From Candidatus Cloacimonadota bacterium (lineage in GTDB: Bacteria > Cloacimonadota > Cloacimonadia > Cloacimonadales > TCS61), in the NCBI GenBank assembly GCA_018400535.1, contig JAGYMQ010000143.1, positions 12,227 to 76,226 on the forward strand: a stretch of 64,000 bases of DNA, read 5' to 3'. Positions 27,701 through 37,858 of the stretch are shown piece by piece. The position numbers were made by a program, and so were the translations under genes. The notes under the pieces were generated by a model, which was not told where the DNA came from, made no database searches, and was given only the letters and a program-made list of their open reading frames with translations. Within the stretch, counting starts at the first letter, position 1; each line of letters begins with the position of its first letter.

Positions 27701-28273
27701 ATGAAAAGAGATATAATTTTAGCAGGAGTAGGAGGACAAGGTATTTTGTCAATTGCAGCGATAATTGGTTATGCAGCAGTAGAAAGTGATCTGAATTTGA
27801 AACAGGCAGAAGTGCATGGAATGTCGCAGCGCGGTGGTGATGTCCAATCACATTTGCGAATATCAGACAAAAATATCTATTCAGACCTGATACCTCAAGG
27901 AGGAGCTGATATCATCTTGGGCGTCGAACCGATGGAAGCTCTTCGCTATAAACCGTATCTGTCAGAAAATGGCTGGTTTATCACGAACGAAACTCCAGTT
28001 TTAAACATTCCAAATTATCCAGAGATGAAAGATATCAAAATAGAAATGGAAAAATTTCCCAATAAAATAATTTTAGATGCAGATCAAATAGCAAAAGAAG
28101 TTGGCTCATCCCGTTCAATGAACATGGTGATGTTGGGTGCTGTTGCCGATAAATTGGGAATAGAATATGATAAATTGGAAGATGGCATCAAATTCCTTTT
28201 TGGCAGAAAAGGAGAAAAAGTGGTAGAAGCAAATCTGAAAGCACTTCAGCAAGGTCGCGAATCAGCAAAATAA
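27701..28273 (+). CDS. iorB: Indolepyruvate:ferredoxin oxidoreductase, beta subunit
   Basis: ILAGVGGQGILS and GMSQRGG motifs of the POR gamma-type domain. AAGGAG lies 7 nt upstream of the ATG at 27701. Confidence 0.85.
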   Translation: MKRDIILAGVGGQGILSIAAIIGYAAVESDLNLKQAEVHGMSQRGGDVQSHLRISDKNIYSDLIPQGGADIILGVEPMEALRYKPYLSENGWFITNETPVLNIPNYPEMKDIKIEMEKFPNKIILDADQIAKEVGSSRSMNMVMLGAVADKLGIEYDKLEDGIKFLFGRKGEKVVEANLKALQQGRESAK

Positions 28274-28289
28274 ATAACAAACTGTTTAT

Positions 28290-28326
28290 GAAGGTGGCAT
28301 TGCACAATGTCACCTTCAGTTTTTAT
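28290..28326 (+). terminator. Rho-independent terminator of iorAB (overlaps the stop codon of the convergent ABC-F gene)
   Basis: 12-bp stem gaaggtggcatt / aatgtcaccttc (one G-U pair) with a gcac tetraloop, followed by agTTTTTaTT. Confidence 0.7.
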
Positions 28327-30199
28327 TAGATTCCTTATCTTTCAATTTTAACCAGTCAGTTTCCAGATCTTCCAATTTTTGATTCAATTCAATTTGTCTA
28401 TCGCTGATCTTTTGAAATTCTGCTGCGGTGAGATCAGAAGCTTCTAAATCAATTTTTTCAGCCAGGATCTTTAGTTTTTCTTCGATTTCTTTAATTGTTT
28501 TCTCGACTTTTGCTAAGGTCAATTTTTCTTTATAAGATAATCCTTTATTTCTTCTATGCTGCCGATTATTATCTGATTTGACTTCTGTCTTTTCTTGTTT
28601 TTGAAATCTTTTTACCAGAAGATAATCAGAATAATTGCCTGGAAATTTTCTGATCTTGTCATTCTCAAAAATAAAAAGATGATCAACTGTCCGATCTAAA
28701 AAATAGCGATCATGAGAAACCACGATCACACAGCCTTCGAAAGCATCCAGATAATCTTCCAGAATTTCCAAAGTTCTGATGTCCAGATCATTTGTCGGTT
28801 CATCCAAAATGATAAAATTTGTGCCAAAGATCAAAGATCGCAAAAGATAGAGTCGTTTCTTTTCGCCACCAGAAAGTATTCCCAACTTACTGCGTTGCAT
28901 TTTTTGATCGAAGAGAAATCGTTCCAGCATTTCAGCAGCAGAATGAACTTTTCCATCAGCTGTGTGAATATTTGGAGCAACTTCCTTGATATAATCGATA
29001 ACTCGCAATTCATCATCAAAATCTTCTATTTGCTGTTTGAAATAGGCGAATTCAGTGTTTTTGCCAACTTTGATCTGACCTTCGAAATCATCGATATCGC
29101 CTGTGATCATTTTTAACAATGTTGTTTTGCCGCAGCCATTTGGTCCAATAATGCCAATTCGCTCATTTTTCTGGAAAATATGGCTGAAACGATTGATCAA
29201 CTTCTTATTTCCAAAAGTTTTTGAAACATCTTTGATATTTAAGATCGTCTTCCCCATGCGTTTTGAGCGAAAGGAAATATCAAGCTCGCGTTCGGAAGAA
29301 ATGTAGGATTTATCAAGTAGTTCTTTCACGCGATCCACGTGATCTTTTGGTTTGGAAGTGCGGGCTTTTGCTCCTCTCTGCAACCATTTGATCTCTTTTT
29401 TTAACTGTGCTTGCCGGCGTGTTTCTTTTCGCTCCAGATCGATTTTTTGCATCTCTTTTTGTTTCAGGAAGAAGGAATAGTTTCCTTGATAAAAGCGGAT
29501 ATTCCCCGCTTCCATTTCCATGATCTTTTCTGAAACAGAATCGAGGAAATAACGATCGTGAGTGACGAAAAGCACTGCGCCATAATAATTTTTCAGATAA
29601 TTTTGAAACCATTCGATCGTATCAATATCAAGATGATTAGTAGGTTCATCCAGAAGCAAAATATCGGGCTGATTCATCAATACGCGCGCCAGATCGATGC
29701 GTCGTTTTTGGCCTCCAGAAAGATGAGCGATCTTTTCATAGATATCATGGAAACCCATTTTCGTGAGAAAGCTTTTTGCTTTGATCTCTATTTTCCAAAT
29801 ATCTTTTGCATCCAATTCTTTGATGAGTTTTTGATGACGTTCACGATTCGTTTTTGAGGAATTTTTTTTCATTTCCAGAACACTTTTGTAATATGCACGC
29901 AACAAGCGAAAATCAGGATGATCACTAAAATATATATGTTCATAGATATTTTTTTCTGGATCAATATTTGGAATTTGTGGCAAGTAGGAAACTGAAATAT
30001 TTTTGCGGAAAATAATGTTACCCGAATCGGGAGAAATTTCTCCATACAACATTTTCAAAAGAGTTGTTTTACCACAGCCATTAATTCCCATCAAACCGAT
30101 CTTTTCTCCACTAAAGATACCAAAAGTTTCCTTTTTGCAAATATATTTTTCGAGAAACCTTTTTTTCAGATCTTTCACCGAAACAATATTTTTGCTCAT
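28316..30199 (-). CDS. ABC-F family ATPase (Uup/EttA-like translation factor type, no TM domain)
   Basis: Two ABC cassettes (GINGCGKTTLLK + LSGGQKRR; GPNGCGKTTLLK + LSGGEKKR), an inter-domain linker and a C-terminal coiled coil. Confidence 0.9.
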   Translation of the reverse strand: MSKNIVSVKDLKKRFLEKYICKKETFGIFSGEKIGLMGINGCGKTTLLKMLYGEISPDSGNIIFRKNISVSYLPQIPNIDPEKNIYEHIYFSDHPDFRLLRAYYKSVLEMKKNSSKTNRERHQKLIKELDAKDIWKIEIKAKSFLTKMGFHDIYEKIAHLSGGQKRRIDLARVLMNQPDILLLDEPTNHLDIDTIEWFQNYLKNYYGAVLFVTHDRYFLDSVSEKIMEMEAGNIRFYQGNYSFFLKQKEMQKIDLERKETRRQAQLKKEIKWLQRGAKARTSKPKDHVDRVKELLDKSYISSERELDISFRSKRMGKTILNIKDVSKTFGNKKLINRFSHIFQKNERIGIIGPNGCGKTTLLKMITGDIDDFEGQIKVGKNTEFAYFKQQIEDFDDELRVIDYIKEVAPNIHTADGKVHSAAEMLERFLFDQKMQRSKLGILSGGEKKRLYLLRSLIFGTNFIILDEPTNDLDIRTLEILEDYLDAFEGCVIVVSHDRYFLDRTVDHLFIFENDKIRKFPGNYSDYLLVKRFQKQEKTEVKSDNNRQHRRNKGLSYKEKLTLAKVEKTIKEIEEKLKILAEKIDLEASDLTAAEFQKISDRQIELNQKLEDLETDWLKLKDKESNKN

Positions 30200-30343
30200 G
30201 TCACCTCAAATATCTTTTCCTATTTTTCCATCTTGAAAAAGTTAAAAATCTGCCAATCAATTTATCTGAACCTAATTTTTTGATCATAAATGGAATATCG
30301 CAATCACAATAGAATCACAGACAAAAATCGCAATTACTATTTG

Positions 30344-31606
30344 TTATTCAAAATAATAGATCGCTTTTATGGGATTGATTTTGGAAGCTTTTATCGCTGG
30401 ATACAAACCAGAAAAAATACCGATGAACAAAGCAAAAGCTAAACCCAGCAAGATTCCGCGCACTGGAATGGGAAAATTGAAATCCAGTGATGTGGAAATG
30501 ATCTGCACCAGAAAAACAGAAAGAAGCACTCCGACAAAAGCGCCGATCAGGGCCAGAACGATCGCTTCACTCAGAAAATGTAGAAAAATATCAAATTCTG
30601 TCGCACCAATACTTTTGCGGATACCGATCTCTTTCATTCTTTCATTGATCGAGATCAGAAGTGTGCTGAAAAGTCCGATCCCACCCACAAGTAACGAAAT
30701 GGAAGCAATCGCAGATAATGTGATATTCCACTTTTTCATCATTTCATTGATCTCTGCGGTGATCTCCATCATCACCGAGCCAATATCGTTGAAAGAGAAA
30801 TCACGAGACATATTATGTTTCACCAATAAATTTTGGGTGGTTTGGGTTTTCAACTTGTCATAACTGCCATCATCATAGGCTTGTAAATAAAGATAATCGA
30901 TCGCATTGCTGCTGCGTAAATAGAGAGATCCAGTAGATAACGGTATATAAACTGATTCCAGATCCCGTTTTCTTTCCCAATTATTAAAATTCATTCCTGA
31001 TCGGTTCAATTCATCTTGTTTCAATACACCAATGATCAGAAAACGATTTTTCCCCAAAGTGATTGTCTGGTTAATCGGGTCAGTATCCCCAAAATATTTT
31101 TCAGCAAAGTGATAGCCGATCACACAGACTTTCGCTGCTCTTTGTTCTTCGAAAGCATTGAAATAGCGACCCTGTAGCAAAGGATAAGTTTTTGATCGAA
31201 AAAAATCATTATTCGTGGCGGTCAATCTGACCCAATCTTCATAGTTCTGATAATTATATTTTTGCCATTGGGAGATATAACCATAGATATACTTTGCCTT
31301 TGCTTGACTGCGAATGAATTGATAATCTTCCAGATTCAATGGTTTTAGATCTCGTCTGGAACGATACCAGAAGTGACGACGCGAGGAGCCATGTTCTTCT
31401 CCTGAAGATGGATAGATGATGATCGAATTATTCCAGCCCATATCAGACATGTTATCATTGATCATTTTCTTCATACCATTTATAGAAGAAAACATTGTAA
31501 CAACAGCAAAAACACCGATCATGATCCCGAGTAAAGTGAGAGATGAACGCAATTTGTGAGAAAATATATTCTGGAAACTACTGCGTATGCTTTCAAAAAT
31601 ATGCAT
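30344..31606 (-). CDS. MacB/LolCE-type ABC transporter permease (MacB periplasmic core domain + FtsX domain)
   Basis: N-terminal TM segment, a ~230-aa extracytoplasmic domain, then three C-terminal TM segments with an FtsX-like KEIGIRKSIGAT motif. Confidence 0.8.
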   Translation of the reverse strand: MHIFESIRSSFQNIFSHKLRSSLTLLGIMIGVFAVVTMFSSINGMKKMINDNMSDMGWNNSIIIYPSSGEEHGSSRRHFWYRSRRDLKPLNLEDYQFIRSQAKAKYIYGYISQWQKYNYQNYEDWVRLTATNNDFFRSKTYPLLQGRYFNAFEEQRAAKVCVIGYHFAEKYFGDTDPINQTITLGKNRFLIIGVLKQDELNRSGMNFNNWERKRDLESVYIPLSTGSLYLRSSNAIDYLYLQAYDDGSYDKLKTQTTQNLLVKHNMSRDFSFNDIGSVMMEITAEINEMMKKWNITLSAIASISLLVGGIGLFSTLLISINERMKEIGIRKSIGATEFDIFLHFLSEAIVLALIGAFVGVLLSVFLVQIISTSLDFNFPIPVRGILLGLAFALFIGIFSGLYPAIKASKINPIKAIYYFE

Positions 31607-33825
31607 TAGAATACAGTCTTACCACATTTTGGGCATTTCAAATATTTTGTATCTTTCTTTTTTGAAAAATGCTCTTCCATATAATAGTTACCGCATTCAG
31701 GGCATTTTACCGCAACAGGTTTAAAATTTGTCACAAATTTACATTTGGGATAATTTGTGCAGGAATAGAAATATTTACCTCGTTTGTTTCTTTTTTCTGT
31801 AATTTCGCCATCTTCGCATTCAGGGCATTTGATTCCCAGTGTGAATGGCTTGATGTATTTGCATTTAGGATAATTGGAGCAACCGATGAATCTTCCGTAT
31901 CGACCATTTTTGATTACCAGATCTCCCCCGCATTTCGGGCATTTTTGATCGAGTTTTTCTGGTTTCTTGATCTCGATCTTTCCTTCTTTATTGCGTGTGA
32001 AATTTTTGATGTTTTTGCATTCAGGATAATTTGAACATGCCAGAAATTGACCATTCTTACTCCATTTCAGGATCATTTCGCTACCGCATTTTTCGCATTT
32101 AATCCCGGTTTTTTCCTGCAAATTACTTTTTATTTCTTTCGTATCTACTTTGCTAATAAGCTTTTCTAACGAATCATGATATTTTCGCAGAAGCTTTTGC
32201 CATTCAATTTTTCCAAATTCAATTTCATCCAGCTTGTTTTCCATCTCTGCTGTAAATTCCACATTAAAAAAATCGGAAAAAGATCCTACTAGAAATTTAT
32301 TTACAGTCAAACCAAGATCTGTCGGAAAGAATTTTCTGGCCTTTAGTTCGACGTATTTTCTGGTTCGGAGTGTATTGGTGATCGCAGCGTAGGTCGAAGG
32401 TCTGCCAATGCCTTTTGATTCCAATTCTTTGACCAATGAAGCTTCAGTGAATCGAGCAGGTGGTTTGGTGAATTTTTGTTCGGGATCCAATTTTTTGCAT
32501 TTCAAAATATCAGATTCAGCATAATTGGGATCGATGTTTTCTCCTAATATCACCAATGTGTGTGGATAAGCTTTCAGAAAGCCTTTATCGATTATTGTGC
32601 TACCCGAAGCTTCAAATTGAGCAGAACCTATATCGATCGTAAGTTTTTTGTTTTTTAGTGAAACTGGTTTCATCTGTGTGGCGATAAATCTCTGCCAGAT
32701 TAGCGTGTAAAGTTTTAACTGATCTTTTGTGAGAAAAGATTCCATAGTTTCTGGCGTACGAAAGGGATCGGTTGGTCTGATCGCTTCATGAGCATCTTGA
32801 GCAGATTTTTTTGATTTGAAGACACGCGTTTTTGCTGGCAATTCTTTTTTCCCAAATCTTTCAGTCACAAGTTTCCGACAAGAAGAAAGTGCTTCCTTCG
32901 CGATCCGCATTGAATCTGTTCTCATATAAGTGATCAAACCAGCAGTTCCTTTTTGGATATCAATTCCTTCATAAAGCTGCTGTGCAGTGAGCATTGTTCT
33001 TTTTTGAGAAAAATTCAAGATGCGCGAAGCATCCTGTTGCAAAGTGCTGGTGATATAAGGTGGTGACGGATGAATCTTTCGCGATGATGATTTGATCTTG
33101 GACAGAAGAAATTCTTTATTTTTTAGATGTTTCACGATTTCGTCAGTCTCTTTTTTGTTGTTCAATTTTGCTTTTTTATTTTTCCATTTTGTCAAAGTTG
33201 CTTTGAAAGGTTCCAATTTATCTTTGAAAAGTTGAGCATGAATGTTCCAATATTCTTGAGGTTTAAAATCAGTGATCTTTTTTTCTCTTTCGCAGATGAT
33301 GCGCAAAGCGACAGATTGAACTCTGCCAGCGCTCAGTTTTTTGGCGATCACTTTCCATAAAACAGGAGAAATATTATAGCCAACGATTCGATCTAAAATT
33401 CTGCGAGCTTGTTGCGATTCGACTTTTTTCTCATCGATCCTGCCAGGCTCTTTGATCGCTTTGCGGATTGTTGTACGCGTGATTTCATTGAAGATGATGC
33501 GGTAAACATCTTTTCCTTTTAATTCTTTCTTAAGCGTCTGCACCAGATGCCAGGCGATTGCTTCTCCTTCACGATCGTGGTCTGAAGCAAGATATATTTT
33601 TTCGGCGGCTGAAGCTGCATTTTTGAGTTCTTTGACCACTTTTCGTTTTTTGTTATCCACCACATATTTGGGTTTGAAATCTTTCTCGATATCTACGCCG
33701 AAAGATTTTTTGGGCAGGTCTCTGATATGACCCATCGAAGCTTTGATATTATATTTTTTATCCAGAAATTTACTGATCGTTTTCGCCTTTGCTGGCGATT
33801 CTACAATAATTAAATCTTTTGCCAT
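31606..33825 (-). CDS. topA: DNA topoisomerase I with four C-terminal C4 zinc ribbons
   Basis: Toprim N-terminus LIIVESPAKAKTI, active-site region GLITYMRTDS, repeated C..C...C..YP.C zinc fingers. Confidence 0.95.
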   Translation of the reverse strand: MAKDLIIVESPAKAKTISKFLDKKYNIKASMGHIRDLPKKSFGVDIEKDFKPKYVVDNKKRKVVKELKNAASAAEKIYLASDHDREGEAIAWHLVQTLKKELKGKDVYRIIFNEITRTTIRKAIKEPGRIDEKKVESQQARRILDRIVGYNISPVLWKVIAKKLSAGRVQSVALRIICEREKKITDFKPQEYWNIHAQLFKDKLEPFKATLTKWKNKKAKLNNKKETDEIVKHLKNKEFLLSKIKSSSRKIHPSPPYITSTLQQDASRILNFSQKRTMLTAQQLYEGIDIQKGTAGLITYMRTDSMRIAKEALSSCRKLVTERFGKKELPAKTRVFKSKKSAQDAHEAIRPTDPFRTPETMESFLTKDQLKLYTLIWQRFIATQMKPVSLKNKKLTIDIGSAQFEASGSTIIDKGFLKAYPHTLVILGENIDPNYAESDILKCKKLDPEQKFTKPPARFTEASLVKELESKGIGRPSTYAAITNTLRTRKYVELKARKFFPTDLGLTVNKFLVGSFSDFFNVEFTAEMENKLDEIEFGKIEWQKLLRKYHDSLEKLISKVDTKEIKSNLQEKTGIKCEKCGSEMILKWSKNGQFLACSNYPECKNIKNFTRNKEGKIEIKKPEKLDQKCPKCGGDLVIKNGRYGRFIGCSNYPKCKYIKPFTLGIKCPECEDGEITEKRNKRGKYFYSCTNYPKCKFVTNFKPVAVKCPECGNYYMEEHFSKKKDTKYLKCPKCGKTVF

Positions 33826-33832
33826 AATTATC

Positions 33833-34258
33833 CTAATTTATTTCCTTATTATAGTTATTGTTACCCATGAATATCGCTTCCAAGATCATCTTTATATCAA
33901 GTTCACCAGTTTTCAAAAAAACTACGTAGTTCAGAATATCATCAACGTTATCTTTCGTTAATCTTATCTGTAAAATATCTTGAAGTTGCATACAGATCGA
34001 TATCACATTTTCAAAATCTTCAGTTGCGATAGCTTTTTGATGAACCATCTTCACGAGATAGCGGAAAGCATCAGCAGTGAATAGTTCTTTTTCAGCATTT
34101 GTAATTATTCGATTATAAGAATTTGTTTCTATTCCGAGCAGAAATTTGCGAAATCTTTGATGTTCTCTGGCTGAGATGCCGATTTTTTGAAGATCAGCAG
34201 ATTTCGGTTCATCGCTCATCATAATATCCATAAATTTTTTAAATTTATTGTGTGCCAT
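33833..34258 (-). CDS. Hypothetical protein (141 aa, predicted helical, no recognisable motif)
   Basis: The ORF is tightly packed between secA (37-nt gap) and topA (7-nt gap) on the same strand. Its composition looks coding-like. Confidence 0.5.
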   Translation of the reverse strand: MAHNKFKKFMDIMMSDEPKSADLQKIGISAREHQRFRKFLLGIETNSYNRIITNAEKELFTADAFRYLVKMVHQKAIATEDFENVISICMQLQDILQIRLTKDNVDDILNYVVFLKTGELDIKMILEAIFMGNNNYNKEIN

Positions 34259-34295
34259 TTATTCCTCTGTTTTCTTTTGAAGAGAAAATGTAACA

Positions 34296-37200
34296 TTATA
34301 CTTTTCTACCACAACAATTTTTATATTTTTTTCCGCTACCACAAGGGCAAGGATCATTTCTACCTGGTTCTTTTTCCACCGTTCTTGGTTTGATCTTGGG
34401 TATTTCACCTTTGTTCGTCGAGGTGGGCGGTGGTTTGGGTTGTGCGGTTTTTTCGAAGGCGGAGCTTGAATCGTGTCTTTGTTCTGCTATTTTTAAAAAA
34501 CTTTCCAAATTTTCTGCAGAAACTAAATAGGTTGTAAAAACTCTTTGTGAAACATTACGATTGATATTGGAAACCAAAGTTTGAAAGAGTTTAAAAGACT
34601 CTTTTTTATATTCAATGAGCGGATCTTTCTGGGCATAGGCTCGGAAACCAATTCCTTCTTTTAGCAAGTCCATCTCGTGTAGATGATCTCTCCATAAATC
34701 ATCAACAACGGAAAGGAGACTTCTGCGTTCAATTTCTCTCATTTGTTCAGAAGATAATTCTTCTTCACGTTTTTCATAAGCCTGCAAGACTTGCTCTTGA
34801 ATATCTTCTGTCAGAATTTCCAGATTAATTTTTCCTTCAGAAAGATCAATTTTTTTGATCTCCACATTCAAATTAAGCTTGAACCATTTGGTCAATTCTT
34901 CGATCGGCCATTCTTCGGGATACAATCCTTCAGGAAGAAGTTCTGCGATCACATCTTCAGTAGTTTCTCTCAGCATTTCGGTGATCTCTGCTTTCAGATC
35001 ATAACCCTTTAGCACGTTGCGTCGATAATTATAGATCACTTCGCGCTGCTGATTCATGACTTCATCATATTTGAGAAGTTGTTTTCTGCTTTCAAAATTA
35101 TAGGATTCTACACGTTTTTGTGCTTTTTCTACAGCTTTTGTCATCCAGGGATGAACAATTGCTTCGCCTTTTTGTAATCCCATTTTCACCATCATCGGAC
35201 CGATCTTTTCCGAACCAAAAAGTCGCATCAGATCATCTTCCAGGGAAAGATAGAAACGAGAAGTTCCCGGATCGCCCTGCCGGCCACTTCTTCCGCGCAA
35301 TTGCCTATCGATCCGACGACTTTCGTGGCGTTCTGTTCCGATCACGTGTAATCCATCGATCGGCTCGCCGTAGGGTTTATCTTCCGTGACTTTTTTGTCT
35401 AATTTCAAGTATTCTTCTTTGGATTGGATAACTACGTTTTTTCCCAGTTTGATATCTGTGCCGCGTCCCGCCATATTTGTTGCGATCGTTACTGCACCTG
35501 GTTCACCAGCGAATTTAATGATCTCGGCTTCTTTCTCATGATATTTGGCGTTCAAAACGTTATGCCTGATCCCTCTTCTGCGTAATAGGCGACTAAGTGT
35601 TTCAGAAACTTCGACTGTGACGGTTCCAACTAAAACAGGTTTTTCTTTTTCATACCAATAAATGATCTCATCGATGATGGCTTGATATTTTTCATTTTTT
35701 GTCAGATAGATCACGTCGTTATGATCAATTCGCGAGATAGGAAGATTTGTTGGGATCTGCATCACAGAGAGTTCATAAATTTCCTGGAATTCTGCTTCTT
35801 CAGTCACAGCAGTTCCTGTCATACCAGCCAATTTATCATACATACGGAAATAATTTTGCAAAGTTACGGTTGCAAAGGTTTGCGTTGCTTCTTCGATCTT
35901 CACGTTTTCTTTTGCTTCCAGAGCTTGATGCAATCCTTCGCTATATCTTCTGCCGGGCATCATCCTGCCTGTGAATTGATCGACAATTACAACTTTATTG
36001 TCAGCGACAACATAATCCACTTCTTTTTCAAAAAGCATATAAGCTTTTAACAGTTGTTTAATGTTATGAAGTTTCTCGCTCTTATCAATAAATTTTGAAG
36101 TAGCATCTTCTTTTTTCTTTGCTTTTTGTTTGTCGCTAAGATTTTCATCGGTATCGATCTTGTTCAAAATATCATCGAGCTGATCCATCACAAAAAGGTC
36201 TGGTTCTTTTTGCGAGAGGAATTCATTTCCTTTTTCAGAAAGCTCCACACTGTTCTGCTTTTCTTCAACCACAAAATAAAGTTCAGCATCGATCGTGTGC
36301 ATTTTTTTATCACGCAGATAATATCCTTCATAATCAGTGACCAATTTTTTCAGCTCACCTTCTTTCATCAGTTTGAGAAAAGATTTATGTTTTGGAGCAG
36401 CTCGTTGAACCAACAAAAGTGTTTTCCCCAGTTCGTCTCGATCTTGTTCTGCTTGTTGCTGGATCGATTTTATCTTGGAAAGATATCTTTTTACCATCGC
36501 ATTTTGGATGCCGACCAATTTGCGAATCGTTGGCTTCAGCTCTTCATAAAAATTTTTGCTTTCCTGCACAGGACCGCTGATGATGAGCGGCGTTCTGGCT
36601 TCATCAATAAGAACGCTATCCACTTCGTCAATTATTGCATATTGATGTTTACGTTGCACCAATCCTTCCGAATTTACCGCCATGTTATCACGTAAATAAT
36701 CGAAACCAAATTCGTTGTTTGTTCCATATGTTATATCGCAATTATAGGCATCTTTTCTATCTTTTTTATCCATTCCGCCCACAATGCAGCCGACAGTTAA
36801 CCCATGAAATTCGAAGATCGGTTTCATCCATTCTGAATCTCGTTGAGCAAGATAATCATTCACTGTGACCAGATGCACACCTTTACCTAAAAGTGCATTG
36901 AGAAATAAAGGCATGGTGGCGACAAGCGTTTTGCCCTCACCAGTAGCCATTTCAGCAATGATGCCACGATGTAGAACAATTGCTCCGATCAATTGAACAT
37001 CGAAGGGGATCATGAACCATTTTTCTTCATCACCACGAACTTCATATTGAAAGCCAACAAGGCGACGGCAGGTATCTTTGATGATGGCAAAAACTTCTAT
37101 GAGGTGTTCATTCAGAATTTCTTGTGTATGAAGTTTCAGAGTTTCATTGTATCTATCTATCCTATTTCCCAGAGAATTTCGCTTTTCTTCATCTGTCTCG

Positions 37201-37421
37201 GTTTGATATTTTTCACGCAGTTCTTTCAGCTCTGTTTCTTCTTCTTCCAGAGCAGAACGGATCGCATTTCTGATGAAATCTACACGTTTTCTGAGCTCAT
37301 CATCTGATAACTTTTGAAGGGCATCAGATTTCTTATTAATTTCGCTAACTAACGGTTGAAGCTTTTTCAGCTCTCTTTCCGTGCGATCTCCAAATACTTT
37401 TTTTACCAAATACTTAATCAT
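34296..37421 (-). CDS. secA: Preprotein translocase ATPase SecA
   Basis: Walker A MATGEGKTLVA, motif TNMAGRGTDIKLG, C-terminal zinc-binding tail CPCGSGKKYKNCCG. Confidence 0.97.
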   Translation of the reverse strand: MIKYLVKKVFGDRTERELKKLQPLVSEINKKSDALQKLSDDELRKRVDFIRNAIRSALEEEETELKELREKYQTETDEEKRNSLGNRIDRYNETLKLHTQEILNEHLIEVFAIIKDTCRRLVGFQYEVRGDEEKWFMIPFDVQLIGAIVLHRGIIAEMATGEGKTLVATMPLFLNALLGKGVHLVTVNDYLAQRDSEWMKPIFEFHGLTVGCIVGGMDKKDRKDAYNCDITYGTNNEFGFDYLRDNMAVNSEGLVQRKHQYAIIDEVDSVLIDEARTPLIISGPVQESKNFYEELKPTIRKLVGIQNAMVKRYLSKIKSIQQQAEQDRDELGKTLLLVQRAAPKHKSFLKLMKEGELKKLVTDYEGYYLRDKKMHTIDAELYFVVEEKQNSVELSEKGNEFLSQKEPDLFVMDQLDDILNKIDTDENLSDKQKAKKKEDATSKFIDKSEKLHNIKQLLKAYMLFEKEVDYVVADNKVVIVDQFTGRMMPGRRYSEGLHQALEAKENVKIEEATQTFATVTLQNYFRMYDKLAGMTGTAVTEEAEFQEIYELSVMQIPTNLPISRIDHNDVIYLTKNEKYQAIIDEIIYWYEKEKPVLVGTVTVEVSETLSRLLRRRGIRHNVLNAKYHEKEAEIIKFAGEPGAVTIATNMAGRGTDIKLGKNVVIQSKEEYLKLDKKVTEDKPYGEPIDGLHVIGTERHESRRIDRQLRGRSGRQGDPGTSRFYLSLEDDLMRLFGSEKIGPMMVKMGLQKGEAIVHPWMTKAVEKAQKRVESYNFESRKQLLKYDEVMNQQREVIYNYRRNVLKGYDLKAEITEMLRETTEDVIAELLPEGLYPEEWPIEELTKWFKLNLNVEIKKIDLSEGKINLEILTEDIQEQVLQAYEKREEELSSEQMREIERRSLLSVVDDLWRDHLHEMDLLKEGIGFRAYAQKDPLIEYKKESFKLFQTLVSNINRNVSQRVFTTYLVSAENLESFLKIAEQRHDSSSAFEKTAQPKPPPTSTNKGEIPKIKPRTVEKEPGRNDPCPCGSGKKYKNCCGRKV

Positions 37422-37811
37422 AATCTTCTCTTGAGTAACAAACTTTTTGGCTTTATATGGCTGTCAATTTATTTACAAACAGATTTGAATTTTACAGACA
37501 CTATTAACTTAGGACTGAAAAGAACAAGAAAGAGGAATTATTGGTCTTCATTACTTCTGAACCGTGTATTAAACGAATTCAAAGCTTCCGAATGTTTCAG
37601 CTTTGCTGAATCTTCGTAATGCTGGCATGACTCGACCATTCCAATGTCGAGATCTCCCCACAAAAACCGCAAAGAACTAACACGAAATAACACAAATTTC
37701 ACAGATTGAAATTTATCTGATTTCCTAATTAAAAATTCAAAATTGAACATTCAAAATTATCTTGGCTTTTTCCTTCCTAACTTAATCTCTCGCGGAGATG
37801 AGCAGAAATAA

Positions 37812-37845
37812 TAAAAAAGCGTCCAGACGACCTGAACGCTTTTTG
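37812..37845 (-). terminator. Rho-independent terminator of the PFOR gene (bidirectional shape)
   Basis: 9-bp stem agcgtccag / ctgaacgct with one mismatch and a 5-nt loop, flanked by an A-run on the left and T5 on the right. Confidence 0.7.
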
Positions 37846-37858
37846 ATCTTTTTTAGCT

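Noticed and set aside
36126-36695. Long antisense ORFs inside well-supported genes. Examples: 189 aa opposite secA at 36126-36695, 164 aa opposite the MacB-type permease at 30369-30863, 161 aa opposite hslU at 20521-21006, 148 aa at 41343-41789, 146 aa at 47612-48052.
   Set aside because: Their translations are F/L/I/S-rich low-complexity strings with no motifs. They mirror the codon structure of strongly supported genes on the opposite strand, so they are typical shadow ORFs.
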